IMG/VR virus record: IMGVR_UViG_3300027708_000034 | Coordinates: 18,332 to 82,331 of that record | Direction: 5' to 3' (one strand) | DNA length: 64,000 bases | Source: a virus | Taxonomy: Duplodnaviria; Heunggongvirae; Uroviricota; Caudoviricetes | Shown: in pieces, positions 1-10,404 of the stretch | Layout of the letters: the number at the start of each line of letters is the position of its first letter | Position numbering within the stretch: the first letter of the stretch is position 1 | Position numbers and translations under genes: made by a program | The notes under the pieces: generated by a model | What the model saw: only the letters and a program-made list of their open reading frames with translations | Database searches by the model: none | What the model was told of the DNA's origin: nothing

Positions 1-312
1 CTACAAGATTACTGGTCCATTGAACAATGGCAAAAATGCATCGATAAACTGGATGAAGGTCACCACGATACAGTTGGTTGTCTATACAGAGAGTTTCCTT
101 TAAACCATTTTAGTGGTAATGTATATTGGGTAAAATCCAGTTTTATTAAAAAGTGTAATAAATTACCGCTATGTGATGCCAATCGAATTCCAAATGAACT
201 ATGGCCGGAAATGTGGGTCGGGGCTAATGGTGCAAAATTTTATAGTTTTCATGATACTTCACATAATCTTTACTATGTAGAGTATCCCCCGGATCGTTAT
301 AGAATCAAATAG
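1..312 (+). CDS. Hypothetical protein, 5'-truncated at the window edge (C-terminal ~103 aa, ends at TAG 310-312)
   Basis: Open frame 1 from the window start to a stop at 310-312. No recognisable motif. It is one of the few plus-strand genes. Confidence 0.35.
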   Translation, partial: LQDYWSIEQWQKCIDKLDEGHHDTVGCLYREFPLNHFSGNVYWVKSSFIKKCNKLPLCDANRIPNELWPEMWVGANGAKFYSFHDTSHNLYYVEYPPDRYRIK

Positions 313-318
313 ATTCCA

Positions 319-984
319 TCAGGGCGGCAACGGTGCATCCGGGATTCTAAATGCCTGATTAACTGGTATTTGCTTTTTATCAAACACAATGATACTGTCA
401 TAAAAACTTATACAGAATGTGTCTCTTGTAAAAGACGTTGGCTTAATTGTGAAATTACTATGCCAAACATGATCAGCGGCAAGTGAATCAGTTATTGCTT
501 TGACCTGATTAATGAATGACATGGGATTAGACAAACTGTTCCCGTGCGGCGCTTCATAAGTTCTGTGTAGATCTTCGACAAAATAACACCCATTCTCTGT
601 TACTTTAGAATATAAAAAATTAAAAGTCGCTGTTATATGATCGCTAATGTGGCTACCGTCGTCGATAACTATATCAAACGGGCCAAATTCATCGATTACT
701 CGTTGTAGGAATTCTGTATCAGTCTGATCCCCAATGCGTACATGTGTGCCAGGTGGTTCATGACGGGCGCAATTGGGATCAATATCGATTCCCACGATGG
801 TAGACCCTGGTCCAAAATAGTCTCGCCACATTTGTAAAGATCCCCCATGTTCAACTCCTATTTCTAAAACAGTAGCTGATTTGCCTTTCCATGGCGCAAA
901 GTGTTTTTCATATATGGGAAAATAGTTCACCCATTTGTGAATAGATTGTCCAGTGTTGTTTAACCAATATTGTTGTAAGTCCAT
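319..984 (-). CDS. Class I SAM-dependent methyltransferase (CmcI/TylF-like O-methyltransferase fold)
   Basis: VLEIGVEHGGS glycine-rich SAM motif I and a downstream acidic IDDGSH motif. Size 221 aa is typical of sugar/glycan O-methyltransferases. Confidence 0.6.
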   Translation of the reverse strand: MDLQQYWLNNTGQSIHKWVNYFPIYEKHFAPWKGKSATVLEIGVEHGGSLQMWRDYFGPGSTIVGIDIDPNCARHEPPGTHVRIGDQTDTEFLQRVIDEFGPFDIVIDDGSHISDHITATFNFLYSKVTENGCYFVEDLHRTYEAPHGNSLSNPMSFINQVKAITDSLAADHVWHSNFTIKPTSFTRDTFCISFYDSIIVFDKKQIPVNQAFRIPDAPLPP

Positions 985-992
985 TTTATCTC

Positions 993-1925
993 CTAATATT
1001 TTGTTATCACATTTAAAAAGTAATCAGCCAGCGCATCAGTGGTACAATATTTTTCAAAATGTATTTGTATTTGGTCATTTATCTCATACCAAAAATCTTT
1101 TCCTGAATCAGTAGTAAACCAATCTATGCCCAAATCTCTTGCTTGTTTAACGGTTTTGATCAGTACCTCTTTGGGCATTGTGGTCATGATGTCATCCGGA
1201 CATTGTTCTATGTCCAGGAATAGCGGCACGCAATTATTGGCCATAATTTCATAGTGTCGAACACAATCCCAACCATTCTTTTTCATAGTTACACCAAACA
1301 TACTTTCTGCATACTGTTTATAATATGCATCTTCTTGAGTATATATGTAAGTTGATGGATCTCTAGGATCCATCGGGGCCAATAATTTATCTTTATCAGT
1401 TTCGATAGTACCAATTTTTTCCTTGGGCATCGCAAAATTTATAGGATGCAAACCGGTATAAGTGTCTGTTATTTCTCTTTTAAAATATATAGACTTGTCC
1501 ACTGCCCAAGGAGTTAAATCACTCCATAGGTCCCCGCCATCTATCCATGCTATTTTATTTTTAGGATAATGATTAGTTACCAAGTCCCAAGAACCGGGTC
1601 TAAGTCCATAATGTGTATAGCCGAAAATTACTAGATCAAAATATTGATTTTTGATTTTATTCTCAATATCAGTTCGATCTATATTGCTATCGTCTCCCAG
1701 TGTTCGATAGATAGTGAATCCCCTATGTACATCATCACCTAATTTGCCCGGCCCAAAATCACCATAGTACATCCACCATGATCTCTCATATTCCACAACA
1801 CTGTCTCCAAACTTTCCCCTGAGTCCGTGTAGTAACATATCAGTTAGATAGCAAGCACCGCCTGAGCGTCCGCCGGGATATCTTCCAGCAGGCTTCTCCG
1901 GTTCTCTTAATATCAAAATTTTCAT
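993..1925 (-). CDS. Hypothetical protein (310 aa)
   Basis: Long ORF tightly packed with its neighbours (4-nt overlap with the next gene). No motif recognised. Confidence 0.5.
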   Translation of the reverse strand: MKILILREPEKPAGRYPGGRSGGACYLTDMLLHGLRGKFGDSVVEYERSWWMYYGDFGPGKLGDDVHRGFTIYRTLGDDSNIDRTDIENKIKNQYFDLVIFGYTHYGLRPGSWDLVTNHYPKNKIAWIDGGDLWSDLTPWAVDKSIYFKREITDTYTGLHPINFAMPKEKIGTIETDKDKLLAPMDPRDPSTYIYTQEDAYYKQYAESMFGVTMKKNGWDCVRHYEIMANNCVPLFLDIEQCPDDIMTTMPKEVLIKTVKQARDLGIDWFTTDSGKDFWYEINDQIQIHFEKYCTTDALADYFLNVITKY

Positions 1926-2836
1926 AGCAATGTGGCTAACCCTTGATCAAGCATTAGTGATTGTGGGTTGAGACTCATTGAAACTTGAACATTATTGCCT
2001 ACCCTATATTTGTTTAGAACTTCAAAGTTTCTAAAAACGATTTCGCCGGGATTCGAACAAGGGCCGTGATAAAAATAAGTTGCCCAGTCAGTAAAAATAA
2101 ATTCGTGGCCGCCTTTGATCCAGATTCTATCTTTTGGCAGCAACTTACTAGCAAAACATGCTAGGCTGCTTGAACACATGATAGCGGCTTCCGCTCCAGC
2201 AATGATTGGCCAAGTCTCTCTAAGTTTAGTTAGGTTAGTAAGATCCATCAATTTGGGATGAAAAGGTGGAAAATTTTTACTTTTGTTTACAACCACACCT
2301 ATGCAATTGATTGTTTCCAAAAATTGTATGATGTTATTCCAATCAGTATCATCAAATTCTCTTCCACAGATCTCAGCATCACTCCATGGATGTATTACAA
2401 CGTATCGATCAGGTAATTGGAAATTGCTAATGTTCAACCAGTTACGACGAACAGTTGTACACCTGCTGCTTTGCCAACGATGCCCAGCAAATATTCGCTG
2501 CAGGGTAGCATCTAAACTATGATCGCTTATTTCATTGATCTCTGTTTGACTTAAATTTAAATTGCACTTTAGATTCAATTCATGCTTCATTCCTATGTTC
2601 ATAAACCTATCTCCCGGCCGCCAAGGTCTAGTGGGCCTCTCATCGCAGAAATCATCAAACATGATTCGTTCTTCTTTTAGATTAGGGAAGATATCAGTCA
2701 TATCAAATGCTGCTTGGATCTCTTTCCTGTTCCTGGTAGCCCATAAAAGCGTAGTTACTGCATCTTTTTCGGCCTCGGTCATAAATGATTCTGCACCAAT
2801 AAAATCTCCCAGTGCTCCGGTGAACAATGCTTGCAT
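1922..2836 (-). CDS. Hypothetical protein, possibly a GT9 (heptosyltransferase-like) glycosyltransferase
   Basis: The C-terminal segment IAGAEAAIMCSSSLACFASKLL resembles the GT9 nucleotide-sugar binding segment (IAGADLVIGNDSGPMHLAAA). Weak. Confidence 0.35.
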   Translation of the reverse strand: MQALFTGALGDFIGAESFMTEAEKDAVTTLLWATRNRKEIQAAFDMTDIFPNLKEERIMFDDFCDERPTRPWRPGDRFMNIGMKHELNLKCNLNLSQTEINEISDHSLDATLQRIFAGHRWQSSRCTTVRRNWLNISNFQLPDRYVVIHPWSDAEICGREFDDTDWNNIIQFLETINCIGVVVNKSKNFPPFHPKLMDLTNLTKLRETWPIIAGAEAAIMCSSSLACFASKLLPKDRIWIKGGHEFIFTDWATYFYHGPCSNPGEIVFRNFEVLNKYRVGNNVQVSMSLNPQSLMLDQGLATLL

Positions 2837-3010
2837 GTTGATATATCCTTTAATCTAACGTTGCTATTACTTATGTTTCATTTTATTATACTTTAATTTT
2901 TTGTAAAATACAACTCCATGTAGCCATAAATATAGGATTATTGCCAAATCTATGATTAGAAGACTTCAAGTCAATAGCATAAATATCATATTAACTAGGT
3001 ACTCCAAACC

Positions 3011-6000
3011 ATGAGCCGACAATGTATATCGAATTTACCAGCATTAACCAATGCTACTGCTGCTGAAACCAAATTCATCGTACTGGATAGTACTGTTGAG
3101 CAGACATTAACAGTAGCAAGAGCACAGGCGTTACTAGCAACTCCTGGTCCAACTGGACCGCAGGGACCGCAAGGTGTCATAGGATATGCCGGTAGTAGGG
3201 GATATTCTGGAAGTTTGGGATATGCTGGATCTGTTGGTCCACAAGGTCCTGCCGGCCCACAGGGTCCTATTGGGTTTACTGGCAGTCGTGGATTCTCGGG
3301 ATCAGTCGGCGCCCAAGGCCCTTTGGGATTTACGGGCAGCAGGGGATATGCGGGCAGCATTGGATATACAGGAAGTGCAAGCACCGCCTCCGGATATGCT
3401 GGCAGTAAGGGCCCAACGGGTCCACAGGGGCAAATAGGCTATGCTGGAAGTGCAGCAGCCAATGCTAACACCACACAAAATATCGCCGGCGGCGCTGCTG
3501 GATCCATTCCGATTCAAGCAGCCACCAGCAGTACTACATTTATTCCATTGGGTGCTGTAGGGACTCTACTATATTCAGATGGTACTACTGCTACTTGGAT
3601 TAGCACTAGTACTATAATACCAGCATCTTCGGGACAAGCTGGCAAGGTATTGGTTAACTGTATTGCAGCAAACAGCGCCACAACATACTATCCTGGATTG
3701 TTTTCAACTCCGGGAGTATACGACACTCCCGGAATTAGCACAAAACTATCATTTGTTGCATCCACAGGTGTCTTATCGGCACCTAAGATACAATTAGGCA
3801 ATGGAGCAGTAGTTCAAGATGGTACTAACGGATCATTGACCTTCGGCTCAGCAACATCTAATCAAGGGGTCAATGCTGTCGCTATCGGTAAATGTGCAGG
3901 TAAGACTAGCCAAGGCGCAGCCGCTATTGCAATTGGTTGCAAGGCCGGAGTTACTAGCCAAGCCGCTAACAGCATTATATTAAATGCATCTAGTCAAACT
4001 GTAAATTCCAGTGTGGCTGGATTTTTTGTAGCGCCTGTTAGACGTGATAGTACTTGTGCCGGAACAGCTTATTCAATATACTATAATACTGCCACTAGCG
4101 AAGTAACGTATTCTGCTACTGTTCCCGCTGGATATACGGGTAGTGCAAGCACCGCAGCTGGATATATAGGCAGTAGAGGGCCGACAGGTCCACAAGGTCC
4201 ATCGGGGCCTACTGGTCCAACGGGCCCACAAGGGCCATTGGGATATACTGGTAGTATTGGTCCGACTGGTGTAGGACTCAGTGGTTATTTTGGATCAAGA
4301 GGATACACTGGGTCAGTTGGCCCGACTGGGCCTCAAGGTGCTATCGGTTATACAGGCAGCATGGGAACCACAGGCACTACTGGTTATTCGGGGTCAATAG
4401 GGGTGCAGGGCCCACAAGGATATGCGGGCAGTAGAGGTTATACTGGTAGCCAAGGCTCCACTGGAACTACTGGTTATTCAGGGTCAATAGGTGCAGGCAT
4501 TGCACTCAAAGGCACCGCTGCAACTACAGGTACTGGATATTCGGGAATTTATGGAGTCGTACCCCAAGGAACTGCCGTACAAGGCGATGCTGTTTTAATC
4601 AGTTCAAACGAACATTTATGGATCAGTAGCGGTGTTAGTGGCGGCCCAAGCAACCCGTGCGGATGGTCAGACGGTGGAAGTCTAGCTGGACCGCAGGGAC
4701 CGCAGGGATATACAGGATCTGCTGGCGCAGTGGGGCCGCAGGGCCCGCAAGGAATTACCGGCCCGCAGGGACCACAGGGATATACAGGATCTGCTAGCAC
4801 TGCCAGTGGATATGTTGGCTCAACAGGACCAACCGGTCCAACTGGTCCGCAGGGGCCTATAGGGTATGCTGGATCTGCAGGTGCAGCCAGTACAATGAAT
4901 TTCAAAGGAACTGTACTTGGTGTTACCTGTTTGCCAAAAACAGGACAGACTGTTGGTAATGCATGGGTAGTTTACAATGGCGGTTCACCAGGTAGTGGAA
5001 AAAGTTCCAACGGATCTACTTGGTTCTACGTCAATGGCGCAAGTGATGCGGGAAGATGTGTAAGTTGCGGTCCTTATTATGGATTTATTTACATTGGAAA
5101 CTTTACCGGGTATACTGGTAGTAAAGGTGACCTAGGATATTCCGGATCAGCTGGGCCGCAGGGACCTTTAGGATACTCTGGCAGCGGCGGCGGCTTTGGC
5201 TGCAGAGGATATACTGGCAGCATCGGTTATGCTGGCAGTGCTGGATATTGGGGTTCTACAGGCTATGTAGGTAGCCAAGGGACTTCATTTAACATCGTTG
5301 GTACAGTAGCAGGATACTTAAACTTGCCCGGATCAGGATCTGCAGGTGACGGATATGTTACTCAGAACAACAATACTATTTGGTTGTATAAAGGCTATGC
5401 TGGATCTGCATATGCAGGTTGTGGCAGTGCATTGGGCAAACAATATAATGGATGGTTGGCTATCGGACTATTGGGTGGCACTGGTTATACTGGCAGTGCA
5501 GGATACAATGGTAGTGCAGGATATACAGGATCTGCTAGCACCCAAGCTGGTCCACAAGGACCAGCCGGATATTCAGGCAGTGCAGGAGCCGCAGGTTGCA
5601 AGGGCTGTATAGGATACACCGGCAGTGCTGGAACATCGGGTATAGGTACCAAAGGATGTATTGGATTTACCGGTAGTGCAGGTGCTGGTTACGGCGGTAG
5701 TATTGGCTCAACTGGTTATACAGGCAGTGGTGGCGCTGGATATACAGGAAGCATAGGTAACGCCGGTCCACAAGGACCAATTGGATTTTCGGGAAGTGGC
5801 GGCGCTGGATACAATGGTAGTAGAGGATATGATGGATCAGTTGGTCCTAGTGGCCCAACTGGACCTACTGGACCACAGGGGTGTATGGGATACACAGGAT
5901 CTGCCAGCACCGCATCGGGGTATGTTGGTTCAACTGGATTTACTGGCAGTATAGGTAATTTGGGATATTATGGTAGTATAGGTTGCAGGGGATATACCGG

Positions 6001-6691
6001 ATCATCTGGTGCATTACCGTGCTGTGCCGGCCCTTGTAAACTCTACGCAAGAGTTTGGTGTAGTGGTCAAGTTAGAGGACCATTGTTATATCCAACTCTA
6101 GTGGCCAGATCAGGTACATGTACTGTCTACATGTCCGGAGCAAGTCCGTCAAACTTGTTTAGCTTCTGTGCTGCTAACGGTAAAGTAACAATTGGCGGGG
6201 CAGTATGTGCCAACGGCAACATAACCTCAGCTCAAGGCGTCCGCGCCTGCGGGTCCGTAACATCTGTGCAAAAGATGTATGCCCAAGGTGCATTGTGTGT
6301 CACTGGAAAAATCTGTGCATCATCATGTATTTCTACGCTGGGTAGTGTGATTGCCGCGGGCAACGTCATTGGTTATTGTGCAGCTTCTGATAGAAGATTA
6401 AAACAAAACATTAGACCAATCGCAGACGCGTTGGATAAAATTAGAACACTACAGGGTGTATTGTACGACTGGACTGACGAGTTCATGGAAACAGTCCCGG
6501 ATAATATTTCCAGACATGATACCGGATTGATTGCCCAGGATGTTCAGCAGGTCCTACCAGAGGTAGTGTTCCTCAGAGAAAACGGATACTTGGGTATTAA
6601 GTATGACAAAGTCGTAGGATTGATTGTACAAGCAATCAACGAACTAGCAGAAAAAGTAGATGCTATAGAGAAAACTCTAGCATCGGAATAA
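3011..6691 (+). CDS. Collagen-like tail fiber/tailspike protein with C-terminal S74 intramolecular chaperone (auto-cleaving) domain
   Basis: Many G-x-y triplet runs ([20 protein letters not shown]...). The C-terminus has the SDRRLKQNI...LQGVLYDW...[15 protein letters not shown] signature of the phage fiber chaperone/peptidase S74 domain. Confidence 0.85.
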   Translation: MSRQCISNLPALTNATAAETKFIVLDSTVEQTLTVARAQALLATPGPTGPQGPQGVIGYAGSRGYSGSLGYAGSVGPQGPAGPQGPIGFTGSRGFSGSVGAQGPLGFTGSRGYAGSIGYTGSASTASGYAGSKGPTGPQGQIGYAGSAAANANTTQNIAGGAAGSIPIQAATSSTTFIPLGAVGTLLYSDGTTATWISTSTIIPASSGQAGKVLVNCIAANSATTYYPGLFSTPGVYDTPGISTKLSFVASTGVLSAPKIQLGNGAVVQDGTNGSLTFGSATSNQGVNAVAIGKCAGKTSQGAAAIAIGCKAGVTSQAANSIILNASSQTVNSSVAGFFVAPVRRDSTCAGTAYSIYYNTATSEVTYSATVPAGYTGSASTAAGYIGSRGPTGPQGPSGPTGPTGPQGPLGYTGSIGPTGVGLSGYFGSRGYTGSVGPTGPQGAIGYTGSMGTTGTTGYSGSIGVQGPQGYAGSRGYTGSQGSTGTTGYSGSIGAGIALKGTAATTGTGYSGIYGVVPQGTAVQGDAVLISSNEHLWISSGVSGGPSNPCGWSDGGSLAGPQGPQGYTGSAGAVGPQGPQGITGPQGPQGYTGSASTASGYVGSTGPTGPTGPQGPIGYAGSAGAASTMNFKGTVLGVTCLPKTGQTVGNAWVVYNGGSPGSGKSSNGSTWFYVNGASDAGRCVSCGPYYGFIYIGNFTGYTGSKGDLGYSGSAGPQGPLGYSGSGGGFGCRGYTGSIGYAGSAGYWGSTGYVGSQGTSFNIVGTVAGYLNLPGSGSAGDGYVTQNNNTIWLYKGYAGSAYAGCGSALGKQYNGWLAIGLLGGTGYTGSAGYNGSAGYTGSASTQAGPQGPAGYSGSAGAAGCKGCIGYTGSAGTSGIGTKGCIGFTGSAGAGYGGSIGSTGYTGSGGAGYTGSIGNAGPQGPIGFSGSGGAGYNGSRGYDGSVGPSGPTGPTGPQGCMGYTGSASTASGYVGSTGFTGSIGNLGYYGSIGCRGYTGSSGALPCCAGPCKLYARVWCSGQVRGPLLYPTLVARSGTCTVYMSGASPSNLFSFCAANGKVTIGGAVCANGNITSAQGVRACGSVTSVQKMYAQGALCVTGKICASSCISTLGSVIAAGNVIGYCAASDRRLKQNIRPIADALDKIRTLQGVLYDWTDEFMETVPDNISRHDTGLIAQDVQQVLPEVVFLRENGYLGIKYDKVVGLIVQAINELAEKVDAIEKTLASE

Positions 6692-6692
6692 G

Positions 6693-6989
6693 TTATTCTG
6701 ACGCATTAGCTCTAAACTTGTAGCCTTCTCCACTGTGTAATACACAGGCCATGTTTCCATCGTATTGAACTACGGTCCAAGTTAGGGTCGTGGGGTTTAC
6801 CATTACTACTGTATCAGTTCCGGTTTCTTCATCCTTACCGGACCAAATTGGTTTTTCTTTGGCAGCTTTAGTCAATGTTTCAAGAACAAATTTAGTCTTG
6901 CCGCAGGTAAATTTTCTTTCATATTCACTTACTTGAGCACCAGCAACGGAGCTGATTAGGCACAGCACGGCCAATAATAGATATCTCAT
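6693..6989 (-). CDS. Small secreted protein (signal peptide MRYLLLAVLCLISSVAGA)
   Basis: N-terminal hydrophobic signal with an AxA site. Convergent with the collagen fiber gene. A late-promoter-like TATAAATA lies 21 nt upstream. Confidence 0.5.
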   Translation of the reverse strand: MRYLLLAVLCLISSVAGAQVSEYERKFTCGKTKFVLETLTKAAKEKPIWSGKDEETGTDTVVMVNPTTLTWTVVQYDGNMACVLHSGEGYKFRANASE

Positions 6990-7010
6990 GGGTCACCCCT
7001 CCTTGTTAGA

Positions 7011-7018
7011 TATTTATA
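7011..7018 (-). promoter_or_regulatory. T4-type late promoter motif TATAAATA (minus strand), followed by SD AAGGAGG and the ATG of the 98-aa secreted protein
   Basis: Plus-strand tatttata = TATAAATA on the minus strand, 21 nt before the start codon at 6989. Confidence 0.45.
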
Positions 7019-7069
7019 GCCAATATATTATTACGCTTGTGTTAAAAAATATTAAATATTTTTTACTTC

Positions 7070-7077
7070 TATAAATA
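7070..7077 (+). promoter_or_regulatory. T4-type late promoter motif TATAAATA (plus strand), 16 nt upstream of the 7094 ATG, with a GAGG SD
   Basis: Exact TATAAATA. Divergent from the 7011 motif, so the pair may form a divergent late promoter. Confidence 0.45.
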
Positions 7078-7093
7078 AAACGAGGAAAACAAT

Positions 7094-7702
7094 ATGACCA
7101 TACTTGAAACATTAAAAGTCCAACGCTGGGACGATCACAGATATTACCATCATAGCCGAATCAATCAATTCTTACATTTAATCAGTGCCCTATCATTCAT
7201 AGTAGCCTACATTTATCTGTTTATCGATCCTGTTGTCAGTGCTTATATAGCATGGTTGATATCCATGACCACAAGACAGGCAGGACATTTTTTCTTTGAA
7301 CCCAAAGACTACGACACTTACAATCAGGCCACACAAGATCACAAAGAGGCTATCAAGATTGGATACAACCTCAAACGCAAACGAGTATTGATCGCTTGCT
7401 GGTTGGCTGTGCCCGTGCTGGCATACTTTGATGCGGCATTGTTTAATTTTGTCATGCCAGACGCTGCTCCAGACACATTGCTGGATAGAATTGGATGGGG
7501 ATGGTTATGGCTGGCTGTGGTTGCTGTGGTGTTCCGCATGATACAACTCACTGCCATACAGAGCCGCAGAGTTGCTATAGTATGGTGTATCAAGATATTG
7601 ACAGATCCATTCCATGATGCTGTGATCTATCGCAAGAGCCCGATCTATTTGTTGAAGGGTCAGTTGATTGATCCTGACCTACGCCAAGACTACGAAGATT
7701 GA
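7094..7702 (+). CDS. Integral membrane protein (possibly DUF962/Mpo1-like)
   Basis: Several hydrophobic helices. N-terminal HHSRINQFLHLIS histidine-rich segment. Low certainty on family. Confidence 0.5.
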   Translation: MTILETLKVQRWDDHRYYHHSRINQFLHLISALSFIVAYIYLFIDPVVSAYIAWLISMTTRQAGHFFFEPKDYDTYNQATQDHKEAIKIGYNLKRKRVLIACWLAVPVLAYFDAALFNFVMPDAAPDTLLDRIGWGWLWLAVVAVVFRMIQLTAIQSRRVAIVWCIKILTDPFHDAVIYRKSPIYLLKGQLIDPDLRQDYED

Positions 7703-8691
7703 ACTGGAGTAAGGTTGCTGCGGAATATACGCCAGGCATTGTCCCAGGACCATCTCTGGCTACCCACTAGGACCTGATTGCGATCTAACTTCAACGCTGC
7801 GTCTACAGCATCTTTAAGGTTACCACGGATACAACCAGTGACACCATCGTCGACTACATCTTCAGGTCCTTGGCAAGGATATGCTGCTACAGGGGTGCCG
7901 CAGGCCATGGCTTCGATCATGACTATACCAAATGTTTCCCATCGGCTGGGAAATACAAACACTTCTGCATTGGAATAATAACGTGCCAAGTCTATACCGG
8001 TCTTAAATCCTGTAAAGTGTACATCAGGATAACGCTTGCGATATGTTTCTAACATGGGTCCATCGCCTACCATGATCTTCTGATATCCTGGATAGTCCAG
8101 TTCGAAGAAATCTTCCAAATTCTTTTCTTTGCTGACACGGCTAACACACAGTAGATATTTGCCAGGAAAGTCTTCTCTCAAATCCGGTCGGAATATATCA
8201 CGATCAACACCGCGAGTCCAAGGAACCACCTCGCCACGGAATCCATGTCGTTCTAATTCTCGTACCATGCTGTCAGTAGTGGTCAACACACGGCCACTGT
8301 GCTTATGGAACCAACGAACGAATCTCCATGTGATCCATTCTGGTATACCAAACAGTTTCTTTAGACCTTCAGGAAACTTAGTATGATAAGCGGTATTGTG
8401 CCTAATATTATATAATGAAAGATACTTTCGAGACCACAGACCAAGAGGACCTTCTGTCGCGATGTGGATATAATCTGGATTGATCTCCGCAATCTTCTTG
8501 CCCAAGTTCCGGGGATAGGCAATCTTGACTTCGTTATATTTAGGGCAATCAATGTAGCGGAACCACCCGGGATGAAGCACCACAAAGTTATAACCGTCCA
8601 GAACCGCACATGTCTCAATATTCTTATATGTCGTGACAACGCCATTGATCTGATCCGGTAGATTATCAGTTATTATTAATATCGTTTTCAT
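7690..8691 (-). CDS. Glycosyltransferase family 4 (GT-B, GT1 superfamily)
   Basis: C-terminal VFVFPSRWETFGIVMIEAMACGTPV (EX7E motif region) typical of GT4 retaining glycosyltransferases. Confidence 0.8.
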   Translation of the reverse strand: MKTILIITDNLPDQINGVVTTYKNIETCAVLDGYNFVVLHPGWFRYIDCPKYNEVKIAYPRNLGKKIAEINPDYIHIATEGPLGLWSRKYLSLYNIRHNTAYHTKFPEGLKKLFGIPEWITWRFVRWFHKHSGRVLTTTDSMVRELERHGFRGEVVPWTRGVDRDIFRPDLREDFPGKYLLCVSRVSKEKNLEDFFELDYPGYQKIMVGDGPMLETYRKRYPDVHFTGFKTGIDLARYYSNAEVFVFPSRWETFGIVMIEAMACGTPVAAYPCQGPEDVVDDGVTGCIRGNLKDAVDAALKLDRNQVLVGSQRWSWDNAWRIFRSNLTPVQSS

Positions 8692-9578
8692 TGTATCTTC
8701 AATTTAATGAAATCAACAATGTGTTGTGCCATGTCCTGCCCACAATGCTTATCCATTCCTTTGAATCCAGGACTGCTGTTTGCCTCACATACTTTATACC
8801 CATCTTTATCGAATAATAAGTCAACTCCTGCTATCTGTAGGCCTAGCACACGAGCAGTTTCTCTTGCGATATAATCAATCTCCGGCGTGATATTAAATAA
8901 TTCACCGTGACCGCCTTGGCTGATATTAGCGCGGAAGTCTCCTTCTGCCCCTGTTCGTTTCATGGCTACGACGGTTTTACCACCTATCACCCATACTCTT
9001 AAATCAGTTCCTGGCATGGCATCTACAAATTCTTGTATGATCAATGTTTTCTTTAATGCTATGCTTGATAGCAATTCCATTAGACCTTCGAAAATTTTTC
9101 GTGTCTCGCATAGATAAACTGTCTTACCTCTACTGCCGCTAGTGGCTTTTACTACGCATGGAAACCCAATCTCTTTTTCAATCAACTCAATATCAACATC
9201 TCCGTTGACCAATATAGTTTTAGGAATAGGTAAACCTGCGCTGGCCAATACTTGACTGGTCATTAATTTATCACTAACTATTGCCACACTTTCGGTATCG
9301 TTAATAACCGGCACGCCTAACTTTTCAAACTGACGCATCAATGCCAGTGTAAAATAAGCACTACCTGATCCGGTTCGGCTTAATATCAAATCTGGTAAAT
9401 CGATCTTTTCGCCCCGATATCTGATACTTTTAGAATTTCCACGATTGACAATAATATCAAAATATTTTGGTTCAAGTATTTTGCTATCTATTCCGTTCTG
9501 TTGAAGACATTCAATCAGTCTGGTATTTTCATAAGCAGTAATTCCACTAGCGTGATGAAGTATCCATACTCGTTTCAT
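8688..9578 (-). CDS. rimK: RimK-like ATP-grasp ligase (alpha-L-glutamate ligase family)
   Basis: Colinear with E. coli RimK: DFRANISQGGHGE and EANSSPGFKGM motifs at the ATP-grasp C-terminus. Size 296 aa. Confidence 0.85.
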   Translation of the reverse strand: MKRVWILHHASGITAYENTRLIECLQQNGIDSKILEPKYFDIIVNRGNSKSIRYRGEKIDLPDLILSRTGSGSAYFTLALMRQFEKLGVPVINDTESVAIVSDKLMTSQVLASAGLPIPKTILVNGDVDIELIEKEIGFPCVVKATSGSRGKTVYLCETRKIFEGLMELLSSIALKKTLIIQEFVDAMPGTDLRVWVIGGKTVVAMKRTGAEGDFRANISQGGHGELFNITPEIDYIARETARVLGLQIAGVDLLFDKDGYKVCEANSSPGFKGMDKHCGQDMAQHIVDFIKLKIQ

Positions 9579-10359
9579 TTTCGTCCTTTTCTTGAGTCCA
9601 TGTAATTATTTCCCATGTACCGTCGTGATGTTCGACTAGCGCAGTACACGATTCGACCCAGTCACCGTCATTCATATATTTAATACCATCTATGGTCTTG
9701 ATCTCGGCATGATGAATGTGTCCACATATCACCCCATCGAACCCACGCTTCTTACAATAGCCTGCTAGATTACGTTCAAATTGAAACATGAAGTCAATGG
9801 CCTTCTTCACACGCTGTTTTAAGTATTGACTCAAACTCCAATAACCAAATCCAAACTTGTGTCGTAACCAATTGAATCTAGTGTTCCATATCAAGATCCA
9901 GTCATAAGCAGTATCGCCTAAAAAACTCAACCACGGCGCTAGTCTAGTGATGCCATCGAACATGTCTCCATGCACTACGAGATAATGTTTACCGTCCGCA
10001 CCTATGTGTTCGGTTTGATTACATATCTCTATCAAGCCAAAACTGAACCCATATGGGATCATGGGCCGAAGAAATTCGTCATGATTGCCAGCCACATACA
10101 CAACCCTAGTGCCACGTTTAGCATGACCAAGAACACGGCGAACCACGTTAGTATGGCTTTGTTTCCACCGCCACTTGTTTTGTTGGATTCTCCAGGCATC
10201 GATAATATCTCCTACAAGGTATAGGGTATCACAGGAATTATGTTTGAGAAAGTTGTTGAGCTGGTCGGCTTTACAATCTCTAGTACCGAGATGGACATCA
10301 CTGACGAAGATGGATCGGTATGTCTTCATAACCATATTTACTGCAAAAATGGGGTTCAA
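9547..10359 (-). CDS. Calcineurin-like metallophosphoesterase, LpxH-like (UDP-2,3-diacylglucosamine pyrophosphatase family)
   Basis: FVSDVHLG...YLVGDIIDAW...AGNHDEF...VVHGDMFDG...GHIHHAEI matches the LpxH motif order (DLHL...ILGDLFEAW...GNRDF...MHGD...GHTHRP). The true start may be an internal Met. Confidence 0.55.
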   Translation of the reverse strand: MNPIFAVNMVMKTYRSIFVSDVHLGTRDCKADQLNNFLKHNSCDTLYLVGDIIDAWRIQQNKWRWKQSHTNVVRRVLGHAKRGTRVVYVAGNHDEFLRPMIPYGFSFGLIEICNQTEHIGADGKHYLVVHGDMFDGITRLAPWLSFLGDTAYDWILIWNTRFNWLRHKFGFGYWSLSQYLKQRVKKAIDFMFQFERNLAGYCKKRGFDGVICGHIHHAEIKTIDGIKYMNDGDWVESCTALVEHHDGTWEIITWTQEKDENETSMDTSSR

Positions 10360-10391
10360 ATATTACAGTTCTATTAAACAGGTATATTAAG

Positions 10392-10399
10392 TATAAATA
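10392..10399 (+). promoter_or_regulatory. TATAAATA motif immediately upstream of the 10405 ORF
   Basis: Exact 8-mer 5 nt before the ATG. Either a late promoter for a transcript with almost no leader, or the real start is the second Met. Confidence 0.25.
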
Positions 10400-10404
10400 T
10401 TATA

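Noticed and set aside
2995-5910. Minus-strand Pro-rich ORFs (2995-3384, 4549-4905, 5716-5910) inside the collagen fiber gene
   Set aside because: They are the reverse complement of GGN/GPQ collagen codons (NCC=Pro) and have no independent start context. They are antisense artifacts.
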